Origin: an uncultured Ruminococcus sp.
Lineage (GTDB): Bacteria > Bacillota > Clostridia > Oscillospirales > CAG-272
Assembly: GCA_964522215.1 (NCBI GenBank)
Contig: CAZFVR010000003.1
Location: forward strand, 43,112-107,111
Direction: 5' to 3'
DNA: 64,000 nt
How positions within the stretch are numbered: position 1 is the stretch's first letter; the number at the start of each line of letters is the position of its first letter. A program made the translations under genes and the position numbers. The notes under the pieces are model-generated. The model saw nothing but the letters and a program-made list of their open reading frames with translations. It had not been told where the DNA came from and searched no databases. Shown in pieces: positions 9,783 through 20,267 of this stretch.

Positions 9783-12700
9783 TCAACGCAGTGCTATATT
9801 TTCATCTCCCGCCAAAAGGCGAAGCTCACGCAAAAGCCCGCTCGCGCTTGATATATCCGCGCCGATGGTGCTGTCCTCGTACTCGGAAACGTCGGAATAA
9901 TAAAACACAGTCCTCAGTGTACCGTCAAATATTCCAATCATGTTAAGGCACTTTTTATACACCGCGCTGTCCTTTGACGGAACACGAATATACAAAACGC
10001 TTGGCTGCTTTTTGGGGGACACTGCAGCGACGGGTCGCGGCGTATCGCGGCGGCTGTCGTTTGCGTTTTCACTCTCTACCGTACCGCGCGCTCTGTCGCG
10101 TGCCGATCTTTCCGCCGTATATCTTTCGTTCGGAACAAGCGGTGCTATGTGATTTAGTATCAGCCTGCATTCAAAGCCGTCTCTGCCGTCTCGCAATGAG
10201 ACAGTTCCGCGGACGTACACCGCCTCGCCCTCTCTTATAATGCCGCTGTATTTATCATAGCTTTTGGCAAAGGCTATGACCTCTATTCTTCCCATGCTGT
10301 CATCAAGCACAAAAAAAGCCATAACATCGCCGTTTTTTGTGGTCTTGCGGGTAACATCGGCTATCATGCCGACGGCAAGTATCTGCTTTTTATCAAACGA
10401 CATAAGATCCGTGCCGTCATCGTGAACACCATCGCCCTCATTCACCATCGCAAGCTCGCCGAGCGAGAGCGGAGACAGTGCCTCAATATTTTTTGAATAT
10501 CCGTCAAGCACATGCCCGGAAAAGCAGATCCCGGTGCTCTCCTTTTCATACTCAAGCAGCTCGCGCAGTGGGTATTCCGGTATTTCGTGATACACGCAAA
10601 GCCCGCCCGAGCTGTTGTCGGATGATACCGAGAACATATCGAGCTGTCCCTCAAGATTCTTTCGGCTCCTGTCCGTCAGCGCGGTTATCGCCGCGGGCAG
10701 TGCTTCGATCATTTGAGAGCGATGCCGCCCAAAGCTGTCAAAGGCGCCGGCCTTTATAAGCGTTTCTATCATTCTGCGATTCAGCTCTCCGTCACTCATG
10801 CGAGTGAGAAAATCATCCATATCGCAAAACCTGCCGCGGCGTTCCCGCTCGCGCACTATCTTTTCGATAAACTGACCGCCAACATTCTTGACACCGAGCA
10901 GACCAAAGCTTATATCATTACCGACAACATGAAAATCCGCATATCCGCAATTAACATCAGGCGGCAGAACGCGTATGCCAAGCTTTGCTGCCTCCCTTAT
11001 ATACTGCGCGGTCTTCACCTGATCGCCGGGGACGGAGCTGAGCAATGCGGCAAGATATTGGCGCGGATAGTGCGCCTTTAGATATGCCGTACGGAAGGAT
11101 ATCTGCGCATATGCCGCCGCGTGACTCTTGTTGAAGGCATAGCCTGCAAATGCGGCCATATCGTCAAACAGCTCCTCGGCTGCCCTCTCCTCCATGCCGC
11201 GCGATACAGCACCGCGCACAAACTCACCGCGCTCCGCCTCAAGTGCCTCCGCTTTTTTCTTTGACATGGCACGCCGCACAACATCGGCACGACCGAGTGT
11301 GTACCCTGCCATGATCCTGAATATGCTCATTACCTGCTCTTGATACACGATACAGCCGTAGGTCTCGGACAGCACCGGACGTAAAAGCTCGGATGGGTAG
11401 CTGACTGATTCCGGAGCGTTTTTGCCCGCGATATACTTAGGGATGGAGTCCATCGGCCCGGGTCTGAAAAGTGCTATCGCCGCTAATATATCATCTATAT
11501 TTTGCGGTCGCAGCTCAGTAAGCATTGAACGCATACCGGGGGATTCAAGCTGAAAAACGCCCAGTGTTTGCCCGCGGGATATCAGCGCATATACGCCGCT
11601 GTCCGAAAGATCCAACCGCTCGATATCAAAATCCGGCTCGCACTCTCGAATGGCACGGACTGCATTTTCAATGATAGTAAGATAGCGAAGTGCCAAAAAG
11701 TCAAACTTCAGGAGACCAAGAGCTGCAACGGTATCCATATCATACTGCGATATCACCGCACCGTTGCTGACGGACAGCGGCAGATACTCGGTTATCGGTT
11801 CCTCTGTTATCACAACGCCCGCCGCATGCACCGAGATATTGCGCGGCATGCCCTCAAGAGCTGTTGCCGTGTCTATAAGCTCACGTATGCGCGGCGACGA
11901 ATCGTATATCTCGCGCAGCTCTCGATCCTCCATGGCCGAGTCAAGTTTTACGCCGATCTCACGCGGCACGAGCTTGGCAACAGCATCTACCTCGGCATAC
12001 GGTATGCCCATAACTCTGCCTACATCTCTAATGACTGCACGCGCGGCCATGGTTCCAAAGGTGATTATCTGCGAGACGTGGTCATCACCGTAGCGTTCCT
12101 TAACGTACTCAAGCACTTCATCGCGCCGTTCGTAGCAAAAATCTATATCGATATCCGGCATGCTGACACGTTCGGGGTTTAAAAATCGCTCAAAAAGCAG
12201 ATCATATCGCAAAGGGTCGATACCGGTTATCCCCGTAAGATAGGCAACAAGACTTCCCGCTCCCGATCCACGCCCCGGACCTACCGGGATACTGCTTTTT
12301 TTGGCGTAGCCTACATAGTCCGAGACAATGAGAAAATAATCGGAGTAGCCCATGTCGGAGATAACGGACAGCTCATATTCAAGCCGTTCTCGATACTCAC
12401 GTGTCTCATGCCCCGGTGATGGCAGGTCGCCGCGCTCTGTAAGTGCCGAAAGTCCGTGCTCGGCAAGCTCACGCAGTTCCCTGTCCGCCGCAACGGATGC
12501 GCTCTTTTTGAGGCTTTTTTCGGTCTCGGATGCTTCGGGATCTGCAGACTCCTCTGCGCACCATGACGAACCGAGCGCCGCCGCAGTTTTTGAATGGTAG
12601 GACGGCAAAAGAATCTTGCCGAATGTAAAATCAAAATTGCAACGCTCGGCTATGCTCACAGTGTTCTCGATAGCTCCCTCGAATGAGCCGAACAGCGCAC

Positions 12701-13454
12701 GCATCTCATCGGTGGATTTATAATAAAACTCATCCGTCTCAAATCCCGCAGGTAGGCCCTCGCTTATGGTACGGTTAGTCTGTATGCACATAAGTATCGC
12801 CTGTGTTGATGCATCTGTGCGATTGATATAATGCACATCGTTTGTCGCTGCCATGCCTATATCACATTCCCGCGCTATACGCGCAAGCGTGGGCAGGATC
12901 TGCCGCTCCTCGGCGATACCGTGATTTTGCAGTTCAATAAAAAAGTTATCCTTACCGAATATTTTTTTATATTTTTCGGCCGAACGGCGTGCACCGTCAA
13001 GGTCGCCGCCAACGATCTTTGCGGGTATCTCCCCCGCAAGACATGCCGAAAGTGCTATAATACCCTCATGATATTGCAAAAGCAGCTCGTCATCCACCCG
13101 CGGGCGCGAATAAAAGCCCTCCGTAAATCCGCGGGACACGAGCTTTATGAGATTTTTATAGCCCTTTTCATTTTCGCACAGCAGCACCATGTGATGAGCG
13201 GCATTATCTCGCCCGGGCAGTTTTTCATATCTGGATCGTGGTGCAACATAGACCTCACAGCCAATGATGGGCTTGATGCCGCTATCGCGGCAGGCACGAT
13301 AAAAGGCCACCGCGCCGTACATGGCGCCGTGATCTGTTAGTGCTACTGCTTTGTGTCCCGCACGCGCTGCGGCCTTTGGGATATCCGCTACGCGACATGC
13401 TCCGTCAAGCAGGCTGTATTCGCTGTGCAGATGCAGGTGAACGAAATCACTCAT
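9783..13454 (-). CDS. dnaE: DNA polymerase III alpha subunit (DnaE type)
   Basis: PHP motif FVHLHLHSEYSLLDGA, plus PDIDIDF, FNKSHAAAY and an OB-fold tail. Start MSDFVHLH (ATG 13454) behind GGAG. Confidence 0.93.
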   Translation of the reverse strand: MSDFVHLHLHSEYSLLDGACRVADIPKAAARAGHKAVALTDHGAMYGAVAFYRACRDSGIKPIIGCEVYVAPRSRYEKLPGRDNAAHHMVLLCENEKGYKNLIKLVSRGFTEGFYSRPRVDDELLLQYHEGIIALSACLAGEIPAKIVGGDLDGARRSAEKYKKIFGKDNFFIELQNHGIAEERQILPTLARIARECDIGMAATNDVHYINRTDASTQAILMCIQTNRTISEGLPAGFETDEFYYKSTDEMRALFGSFEGAIENTVSIAERCNFDFTFGKILLPSYHSKTAAALGSSWCAEESADPEASETEKSLKKSASVAADRELRELAEHGLSALTERGDLPSPGHETREYRERLEYELSVISDMGYSDYFLIVSDYVGYAKKSSIPVGPGRGSGAGSLVAYLTGITGIDPLRYDLLFERFLNPERVSMPDIDIDFCYERRDEVLEYVKERYGDDHVSQIITFGTMAARAVIRDVGRVMGIPYAEVDAVAKLVPREIGVKLDSAMEDRELREIYDSSPRIRELIDTATALEGMPRNISVHAAGVVITEEPITEYLPLSVSNGAVISQYDMDTVAALGLLKFDFLALRYLTIIENAVRAIRECEPDFDIERLDLSDSGVYALISRGQTLGVFQLESPGMRSMLTELRPQNIDDILAAIALFRPGPMDSIPKYIAGKNAPESVSYPSELLRPVLSETYGCIVYQEQVMSIFRIMAGYTLGRADVVRRAMSKKKAEALEAERGEFVRGAVSRGMEERAAEELFDDMAAFAGYAFNKSHAAAYAQISFRTAYLKAHYPRQYLAALLSSVPGDQVKTAQYIREAAKLGIRVLPPDVNCGYADFHVVGNDISFGLLGVKNVGGQFIEKIVRERERRGRFCDMDDFLTRMSDGELNRRMIETLIKAGAFDSFGRHRSQMIEALPAAITALTDRSRKNLEGQLDMFSVSSDNSSGGLCVYHEIPEYPLRELLEYEKESTGICFSGHVLDGYSKNIEALSPLSLGELAMVNEGDGVHDDGTDLMSFDKKQILAVGMIADVTRKTTKNGDVMAFFVLDDSMGRIEVIAFAKSYDKYSGIIREGEAVYVRGTVSLRDGRDGFECRLILNHIAPLVPNERYTAERSARDRARGTVESENANDSRRDTPRPVAAVSPKKQPSVLYIRVPSKDSAVYKKCLNMIGIFDGTLRTVFYYSDVSEYEDSTIGADISSASGLLRELRLLAGDENIALR

Positions 13455-13587
13455 GGTGTTCTCCACATTTTTTATGTTTCGATATATTTCGATCAGCAAC
13501 GGATGATGCATGTTTTCCCATCCGATCTCCCATCAGAAATATAAATATCTTATTATCATGTTTCCCGCCAAAAGGATCGTCACGCGG

Positions 13588-14496
13588 TCATTTTTTGAGC
13601 TTTGCGGCTGCATCGCAGATCCGCCTGAGCCTATGATCCACCCCGGATTTTGATATCCTCTGCGGGTGCTTGGATGCAAGCTCCGCTATCGAGCATTCGG
13701 GTTCGCTCTCTCGGAGCACGGCCGTCTCTCGCAAATCATCCGGGAGCAGATCAAACGCCCCCGCCGCACGAAGCGCGGCTATCGCCTCAAGCTGTACGGC
13801 CGATGCACCGACCGCGCGGCTGATATTTTTGACCTCGCAATTAGATGCCCTGTTTATATTACCGCGAAACTCACGAAGCAGGTCGCCTTGTATCAGCTCC
13901 ATGGCCGCCATCGGCGCACCGGCTGAGGATAATATATCCTGTAACTCCGCGCTCTTTTTAAATATAAGCGAACATTTGCCGGATCGCTCTGAATGCCCGG
14001 GCTTTGAATGATCCTTTGCAAACAGCGCCGTCAACTTTTCGGCGCGCACATGGTCGTTTACATCAAGCTCCATGCGCACCGTCTTTTGCGGATCCGAGCA
14101 ACGCGCCGAGGATAGCAAGACCCCGGCGATGAATGCGTTTTTACAATCATCACATTTTAATTCGGGTATTACAGGCTCGCCGTTCGTATGATCACTCTCG
14201 AACGGCTCCGAGAGGCGGTAAAGATACGACGCCAGTCGGCGCGATTCAAATTCAAATACAGATATATGCCTGCCGTAGCAGACCTCGCCGCGTGCCTGCG
14301 GCTCTCTGCCATACTGTTCTGTGAGCAGTTTTTTTACGATATCTGCAACTGCATCGTTTTTTACGCGACACATGACCACGCCCTCTATCCCACACTCGGC
14401 GTTTATCAGCAAGCCGTGCAGATAGCTGCGCCTACAGCAAGCATGCCTCGGGAGCGCCTCGATAAGCTCCGCTCTTAATATATCCCCAAAGCTCAT
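13588..14496 (-). CDS. whiA: DNA-binding sporulation/cell-division regulator WhiA
   Basis: N-terminus MSFGDILRAELIE...CCRRSYLHGLL (LAGLIDADG-like scaffold) and C-terminal HTH ISKSGVDHRLRRI. Its ATG overlaps the murB stop (ATGA). Confidence 0.85.
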   Translation of the reverse strand: MSFGDILRAELIEALPRHACCRRSYLHGLLINAECGIEGVVMCRVKNDAVADIVKKLLTEQYGREPQARGEVCYGRHISVFEFESRRLASYLYRLSEPFESDHTNGEPVIPELKCDDCKNAFIAGVLLSSARCSDPQKTVRMELDVNDHVRAEKLTALFAKDHSKPGHSERSGKCSLIFKKSAELQDILSSAGAPMAAMELIQGDLLREFRGNINRASNCEVKNISRAVGASAVQLEAIAALRAAGAFDLLPDDLRETAVLRESEPECSIAELASKHPQRISKSGVDHRLRRICDAAAKLKK

Positions 14497-16142
14497 TGCG
14501 ATACCGGTATGCGGCACACCTCGCACTGAAGCGAGATGCCGTAATTTTCAAATATTACTCTTTGAATGTGCGCAATAAGTGCATTGACATCAGCGGATGT
14601 TGCACCGCCGACATTGATTATAAATCCCGCGTGCTTTTCGGATACCTGCGCACCGCCTATCCTGTATCCCTTAAGCCCCGAATCCTCGATGAGCTTGCCT
14701 GTGTAGACCGTCGGCGCACTGCGCTTAAACACGCTGCCAGCGCTTGGATATTCAAGCGGCTGTTTTTCGACACGGCGGGACATGTAATCATTCATTTTTT
14801 CAGATATCTTACTTTGATCACATTGCGTGAGCTTGAACCGCGCGGAGATGACGGTATATCTTTCGCCGTCCATGACTATGCTCTTTCTGTACCCAAACCG
14901 CATCTCGGAGGCAGGCAGGGTCACAGTCGTATCCTCGATGGCATCGTAAAGCGTTACGCTCTCGATGACGTCCGCCATCTCGCCGCCGTAAGCACCTGCG
15001 TTCATACACACAGCACCGCCCACACTGCCGGGAATGCCGTATGCAAACTCAAGCCCGCCAAGTCCCGCATTTCGCGCCTCTATGGCAACCGAAAGCAGCG
15101 TGGCACCGGCGGATGCGGTCAGAATATCACCCTCGATAGACTTTCCCCGCAGTTTCTTTGTAAATATGACCGCACCGCGAAAGCCTGCATCGTCAAATAA
15201 TACGTTTGAACCGTTGCCGAGTACGAGCCGCCGCACACTAAGCTCAGCCGCCGTATGAAGCGCCGCCACAAGCTCCCCGGCGGTCTTCGGAAACACGCCA
15301 ATATCCGCCGCACCGCCTATTTTAAAGCTTGAATGAGCGGACAGCGGCTCGGCGATCTTTAGCTCTATCCCGAGCCCCGCCAATTTTTCGGCATAGGCAG
15401 ATAGATTATTTTCGCTCTCACCGCCACCCGCATCCTTTGACTGAGGCACATACTCGACACCGAGTATACCGTAAAGCTCGCAAAGATCGTGTATAACATA
15501 TGTGGGCTTTATATTATCCGGCAGCGCCTTGTGTGTGGGATCGTACCAGCAGGTATCTATCCCCACACCGATGCCGCCGGCGATATCCGATGTCAGCGAG
15601 TCACCTATCACCAGTGCCGCCGATCTGTCAAAATCGGGGATCGACCGCTCAACATGTTCAAAAAACGCCGCCGACGGCTTTTCGTGCCCCACATCCTCGG
15701 AAATAAAGGAGCGTTCTATATACCTTTGTATCGGGGATGCACTCATTCTTTTGGTCTGTATGCTTTTGATACCGTTAGTTATAACAAACAGACGGAAGCC
15801 CGCTGCCGTAAGATCGCGACAAAGAGCATCGGCGCCGCTGATTATATAAGACTGCTCTGCAAGTCTATCTGTATATTCAACTGCCATTTTGTGTGGGTCT
15901 GCCGGGAGCGAATATTCCTCGGCAAACAATTCAAAGCGGCGGACTCTCAGCGTCTGCTTTTCTATTCCTCCGCGTTCAAGCAGCTTCCAAAGCGAATCGT
16001 TTATTCTGCTGTATCCGGTTATCAGCTCATCCGTGGGTTCGATGGAATATCTTTTGAGTGTCTCGGTAAGTGCTTGCCGCTCCGAGCGCTTAAAATCAAG
16101 CAGTGTATCATCGGCATCAAAAAGAAGATATTTGTATTTCAT
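14493..16142 (-). CDS. murB: fusion protein: N-terminal HAD-IA (YjjG-like nucleotidase) domain plus C-terminal UDP-N-acetylenolpyruvoylglucosamine reductase MurB
   Basis: HAD motifs LLFDADDTLLDF, ITNG and GDSLTSDI in residues 1 to about 230. MurB motifs SSFKIGGAAD, GNGSNVLF, GIPGSVGGAVCMNAGAYG, PSAGSVFKR and SEKHAGFIIN follow. One uninterrupted ORF, ATG 16142 behind GAGAGGA. Confidence 0.85.
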   Translation of the reverse strand: MKYKYLLFDADDTLLDFKRSERQALTETLKRYSIEPTDELITGYSRINDSLWKLLERGGIEKQTLRVRRFELFAEEYSLPADPHKMAVEYTDRLAEQSYIISGADALCRDLTAAGFRLFVITNGIKSIQTKRMSASPIQRYIERSFISEDVGHEKPSAAFFEHVERSIPDFDRSAALVIGDSLTSDIAGGIGVGIDTCWYDPTHKALPDNIKPTYVIHDLCELYGILGVEYVPQSKDAGGGESENNLSAYAEKLAGLGIELKIAEPLSAHSSFKIGGAADIGVFPKTAGELVAALHTAAELSVRRLVLGNGSNVLFDDAGFRGAVIFTKKLRGKSIEGDILTASAGATLLSVAIEARNAGLGGLEFAYGIPGSVGGAVCMNAGAYGGEMADVIESVTLYDAIEDTTVTLPASEMRFGYRKSIVMDGERYTVISARFKLTQCDQSKISEKMNDYMSRRVEKQPLEYPSAGSVFKRSAPTVYTGKLIEDSGLKGYRIGGAQVSEKHAGFIINVGGATSADVNALIAHIQRVIFENYGISLQCEVCRIPVSQ

Positions 16143-16335
16143 CACGGCATCCTCTCAAAAATCGTTATGGTCGTTTCATTCTCTACTATTATACACCAAC
16201 ACGCCATGTTTTTCAACCGTTTTTTGCCTTGTTTTGCGAATAATCGGCGCAAGTATGCATCGGGGTATTGCTTTTTGTCGTACTTTGTAGTATAATATAT
16301 TATATATATTCTTCGATATGTATTTGAGGTATAAA

Positions 16336-16977
16336 ATGACGATAGGAGTGACAGGACCCAGCGGTGCGGGAAAATCTTTTTTTTGCTCACTGCTGGCTGC
16401 GCGCGGCTTTTGCGTGCTTGATTGTGACAAGATATATCACGATATGATATCAGCACCCGGCGACTGCACGCGCGAGCTTGCCGCAAGCTTTGGCAACCGA
16501 GTATTGCTTTCCGGTGGCGGTATCGACAGATCAGCGCTGTCCGATATCGTTTTTTCGGATCCAGCGGCACTGCAAAAGCTGGATCTTATCACGCACAAAT
16601 ATGTAAAAGCGGAGCTCTCGCGGTTGATCGAGCTTTCGGATGCTCCAACGGTGATCGATGCACCACAGCTTTTTGAGGCAGAATGCAACTCGCTATGCGA
16701 GGCAACGATAGGCATTCTGGCCGCAGGAGATGAACGCGCGGCAAGACTTTACGAAAGGGACGGCGCGCGGCGCACCCGCGCACAGCTTGATGCCCGCATA
16801 AATGCCTCGCTGCCCGACAGTTTTTATCTGGAACGCTGTACGCATATTTTTAGAAATGATCATGACGCAGCTGCACTTTGTGCATTTGCCGACAGGATAG
16901 CCGAGCTTTACGGTCCGAATGCGGAGCGGGAATCGTGCCGGACATTGCAAAAAGCAGAGGAGCTGATGAAAAAATGA
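16336..16977 (+). CDS. coaE: dephospho-CoA kinase
   Basis: P-loop IGVTGPSGAGKS at the N-terminus and typical CoaE length. Start MTIGVTG (ATG 16336) behind TGAGGT. Confidence 0.8.
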   Translation: MTIGVTGPSGAGKSFFCSLLAARGFCVLDCDKIYHDMISAPGDCTRELAASFGNRVLLSGGGIDRSALSDIVFSDPAALQKLDLITHKYVKAELSRLIELSDAPTVIDAPQLFEAECNSLCEATIGILAAGDERAARLYERDGARRTRAQLDARINASLPDSFYLERCTHIFRNDHDAAALCAFADRIAELYGPNAERESCRTLQKAEELMKK

Positions 16978-17546
16978 GATCTGCCATCAAGCGAACGCTG
17001 ACTATACTTATCATCGCCGCGCTTTCGATATTTTGCGGCGTGACATACGATCGTATTTGCGACAAAGCCGAGCGGGCCAAATACCCGCGCGAATATACAA
17101 CATCCGTTATGCAGCATTCGGCGGATCTCGGCATTCCCGCAAATATAATATATGCAACGATCAAGGTCGAGAGCGATTTTCGATCCGACCTAAAAACCGA
17201 CACCGACGGAGCATCAAGGATAGGGCTGATGCAGCTTTCCGCCGAGGACTATGAGATCTACGGAGGAAAGCTTGGAATAAACACCGACCCCGGACTGCTT
17301 TACGAGCCGGAGACCAACCTCAGGATAGGCTGTTATCGTATATACTCACTTTATAAGAAATATACCGATTGGAAATGCGTTTTTGCCGCCATGCGAGCAG
17401 GTGAAGGTACGGTCGATGGGTGGCTTTGCGACAGCACTCTCACAGACGACAGCGGCAAGCTTAAGACCATCCCCGATACGACCGTGGCCGAATACGTGGC
17501 AACAATGGAAGCGACAATAGCAGAGTATGATAAGCTTTACGGCTGA
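16974..17546 (+). CDS. lytic transglycosylase (SLT domain), membrane anchored
   Basis: N-terminal TM LTILIIAALSIFCG and SLT motif IIYATIKVESDFRSD...GLMQLS. ATGA overlap with the coaE stop. Confidence 0.75.
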   Translation: MRSAIKRTLTILIIAALSIFCGVTYDRICDKAERAKYPREYTTSVMQHSADLGIPANIIYATIKVESDFRSDLKTDTDGASRIGLMQLSAEDYEIYGGKLGINTDPGLLYEPETNLRIGCYRIYSLYKKYTDWKCVFAAMRAGEGTVDGWLCDSTLTDDSGKLKTIPDTTVAEYVATMEATIAEYDKLYG

Positions 17547-17620
17547 TCCCGGCTTTTTGACAGCGATGACAACAATAACGAAAAAAAGATAAATCGAAAC
17601 CACGAAAGGATAATAATGCT

Positions 17621-19045
17621 ATGATGAACACAAACGAAAAAGAAGTAAACGAGGCTACCCCGAAAACAGCCGCCGAGCAGGCACGTGAGCTTGCTTACAC
17701 CAAAAAAACGGTATATCAGCTCAAGGATGCTGCCGCTGTAGACTCCGCATACGAATATGCACGCGGATATATGAAGTTTCTTGACGATGCAAAGACCGAG
17801 CGCGAGGCGGTAACGGCAGGCATTGAGCTTGCACGTGCCGAGGGTTTTATCCCCTACGAATTCGGAGATAAGATAGAGGTCGGCGGCAAGTATTACTACA
17901 ACAACCGCGGCAAAAATCTTTTCCTGTTTTACATTGGAACAGACGATCTTAAAAACGGCATGCGGATATCGGCCGCGCATATCGATTCCCCGCGCATCGA
18001 CCTCAAGCAGGTCCCGCTTTATGAGGATTCCGGCATGAGCTTCCTCAAGACCCACTACTACGGCGGCATTCGCAAGTACCAGTGGGTAGCAACTCCTTTG
18101 GCACTTCACGGTGTAGTTGTAAAAAAGGACGGCAGTGTTGTGAATGTTACGATCGGCGAGGAGGAGAGCGACCCTGTACTTTACATCAACGATCTTCTTC
18201 CTCACCTCGGCCACGGTGATGATACAAAGCCCCTCGGCTCTGCCATTCCGGGTGAAAAACTAAATCTTCTTGTCGGCAGTCGCCCTATCGACGATGTATC
18301 CGACGGAATAAAGCTCAACGTTTTGCGAATACTCAATGAGAAATTCGGCATTGAGGAAGCTGATCTGCTCTCAGCCGAGCTTTGCGCCGTTCCGCTTGGT
18401 CGTGCACGCGATGCGGGTCTCGACCGCTCGATGATCTGCGGCTACGGTCACGATGACAGAGTTTGCTCCTACCCCGCTCTTACCGCTATGTTTGAGGCCG
18501 TGGGCGGCAAAAACTCACTGCTTTGCATACTCGCCGACAAGGAAGAGGTGGGCAGTGACGGCAACACAGGCATGCAGTGCGAGCTTATGCTTGATCTTAT
18601 CGATGCCATAGCGGCATCCGCAGGTGTATCACCCGCAGTTGTCAGAATGAACTCAAAATGCCTATCCGCCGATGTTTCTGCTGCATTTGACCCCAACTTT
18701 GGCGATGTGTTTGAAAAGCGCAACTCATCACTTCTCTCCTGCGGTGTAGTACTTACCAAGTACACCGGCGCACGCGGAAAAAGCGGCACCAGCGATGCCT
18801 CTGCCGAGTATATCGGCTGGCTGCGCGGGATCATGGAGCGCGATTCGGTAGTTTGGCAGGCGGGCGAGCTTGGTAAGGTCGATGCAGGCGGAGGAGGAAC
18901 TGTTGCAAAGTTCATTGCAAAGCACAACATTGAGGTGGTTGACCTGGGCGTGCCGGTAATTTCAATGCACGCGCCCTACGAGATCATATCCAAGGTCGAT
19001 CTTTACGAGGCGCACCGCGCCTTTGCCGCATTCAACAAATATTGA
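17621..19045 (+). CDS. M18-family aminopeptidase
   Basis: ISAAHIDSPRIDLK, LKTHYYGGIRKYQW, GYGHDDRVCSY and ISMHAPYE, as in clostridial aminopeptidase 1 / M18 enzymes. Confidence 0.8.
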   Translation: MMNTNEKEVNEATPKTAAEQARELAYTKKTVYQLKDAAAVDSAYEYARGYMKFLDDAKTEREAVTAGIELARAEGFIPYEFGDKIEVGGKYYYNNRGKNLFLFYIGTDDLKNGMRISAAHIDSPRIDLKQVPLYEDSGMSFLKTHYYGGIRKYQWVATPLALHGVVVKKDGSVVNVTIGEEESDPVLYINDLLPHLGHGDDTKPLGSAIPGEKLNLLVGSRPIDDVSDGIKLNVLRILNEKFGIEEADLLSAELCAVPLGRARDAGLDRSMICGYGHDDRVCSYPALTAMFEAVGGKNSLLCILADKEEVGSDGNTGMQCELMLDLIDAIAASAGVSPAVVRMNSKCLSADVSAAFDPNFGDVFEKRNSSLLSCGVVLTKYTGARGKSGTSDASAEYIGWLRGIMERDSVVWQAGELGKVDAGGGGTVAKFIAKHNIEVVDLGVPVISMHAPYEIISKVDLYEAHRAFAAFNKY

Positions 19046-19048
19046 TCT

Positions 19049-20146
19049 ATGCCGGATCCGAATGCAATGTTGGGCAGGCTGCGCGAGACGGATAAAAGAT
19101 ACCGCGAGCTTGAGGCCTTGCTTGAGCGCCCCGAGACCTTTGCGGATATACCCCTTTATACGGAAACGATGAAGGAATACCGCTCGCTGACACCTGTTGT
19201 GACCAAGTACCGTGAGTACGAGAGCAACCTTTCGGCACTCGGCGAGGCTGCGGAGCTTTCGCGCATCTCGGATGACCCCGAGATGCGTGCCTTGGCTGCC
19301 GAGGAAGCTGCGGCACTGCGCCCGATATGCGCAGCACTTGAGGAGGAGCTGACCGCAATGCTGCTGACGCGCGACCCGAACGATGACAGAAACGTTGTTG
19401 TTGAGATACGCGCAGGAGCAGGCGGCGAGGAGGCCTGCCTTTTTGCCGCAGTGCTTTACAGAATGTATTCTATGTACTGCGAGCGCGCTGGGTTTCGCTT
19501 ATCTGTTGCCGACTCCAACGAAACAGGGCTGGGCGGTTTTCGCGCTTTGACCTTTACCGTAGAGGGTGACGGAGCATATTCGCGCTTTAAATTTGAATCC
19601 GGCGTGCATCGCGTACAGCGCGTTCCGCTTACCGAATCGCAGGGGCGCATACAGACCTCGACCGTAACGGTGGCTGTACTGCCCGAGGCGGATGAGGTGG
19701 ATATAGAGATATTACCGCAGGACCTTGAATTTGAATCCTGCAAATCAAGCGGCGCGGGAGGTCAGCATATCAACAAGACCGAATCCGCCGTGCGCATAAC
19801 ACACAAGCCATCGGGCATAGTTGTGGAATGCCAAGAGGAGCGCTCTCAATTTAAGAACAAGGACAAGGCGCTAAAGCTCTTGCGCGCCAAGCTTTATGAT
19901 ATAAAGCAACGAGAGCAGAACGAAAGCATTGCCGCCACCCGCCGCTCACAGGTAGGCAGCGGCGACAGGAGCGAAAAGATACGCACCTATAACTATCCGC
20001 AAAACAGGGTAACAGACCACAGAATAGGGCTTACCCTGCACTCACTGGATTCATTTTTGGACGGCGATATAGGCGATATGGTGGATGCGCTCATTGCCGC
20101 GGATACCGCAAAAAAGCTCGCCGGGAGCTCATCCGACGAGCAATAA
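19049..20146 (+). CDS. prfA: peptide chain release factor 1
   Basis: GGQ motif SSGAGGQHINKTESAVRITHKPSG and RF1-type tripeptide region RVQRVPLTESQGRIQTS (P-x-T). Confidence 0.9.
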   Translation: MPDPNAMLGRLRETDKRYRELEALLERPETFADIPLYTETMKEYRSLTPVVTKYREYESNLSALGEAAELSRISDDPEMRALAAEEAAALRPICAALEEELTAMLLTRDPNDDRNVVVEIRAGAGGEEACLFAAVLYRMYSMYCERAGFRLSVADSNETGLGGFRALTFTVEGDGAYSRFKFESGVHRVQRVPLTESQGRIQTSTVTVAVLPEADEVDIEILPQDLEFESCKSSGAGGQHINKTESAVRITHKPSGIVVECQEERSQFKNKDKALKLLRAKLYDIKQREQNESIAATRRSQVGSGDRSEKIRTYNYPQNRVTDHRIGLTLHSLDSFLDGDIGDMVDALIAADTAKKLAGSSSDEQ

Positions 20147-20267
20147 CAGTAGCACCTATAAAAAACTGCTAATGTAAAAGCAAAGGAAACGGACGGCAGG
20201 CAAAACCAAAGGCAATGCCACGGCGGTCATGCAAGCCCAAAAGCTCACCCGCCGCCGTCCCCGATTT

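Noticed and set aside
17537-18214. Long antisense ORFs of 130-270 aa opposite well-supported genes (for example 17537..18214, 24291..24884, 41950..42588, 14496..15200, 15489..16295, 57430..58017, 690..1352).
   Set aside because: Each lies fully inside, and antisense to, a gene with strong family motifs. Their products are low-complexity or Arg/Cys-rich with no motifs or RBS. Open antisense frames of this kind are expected in GC-rich coding DNA.
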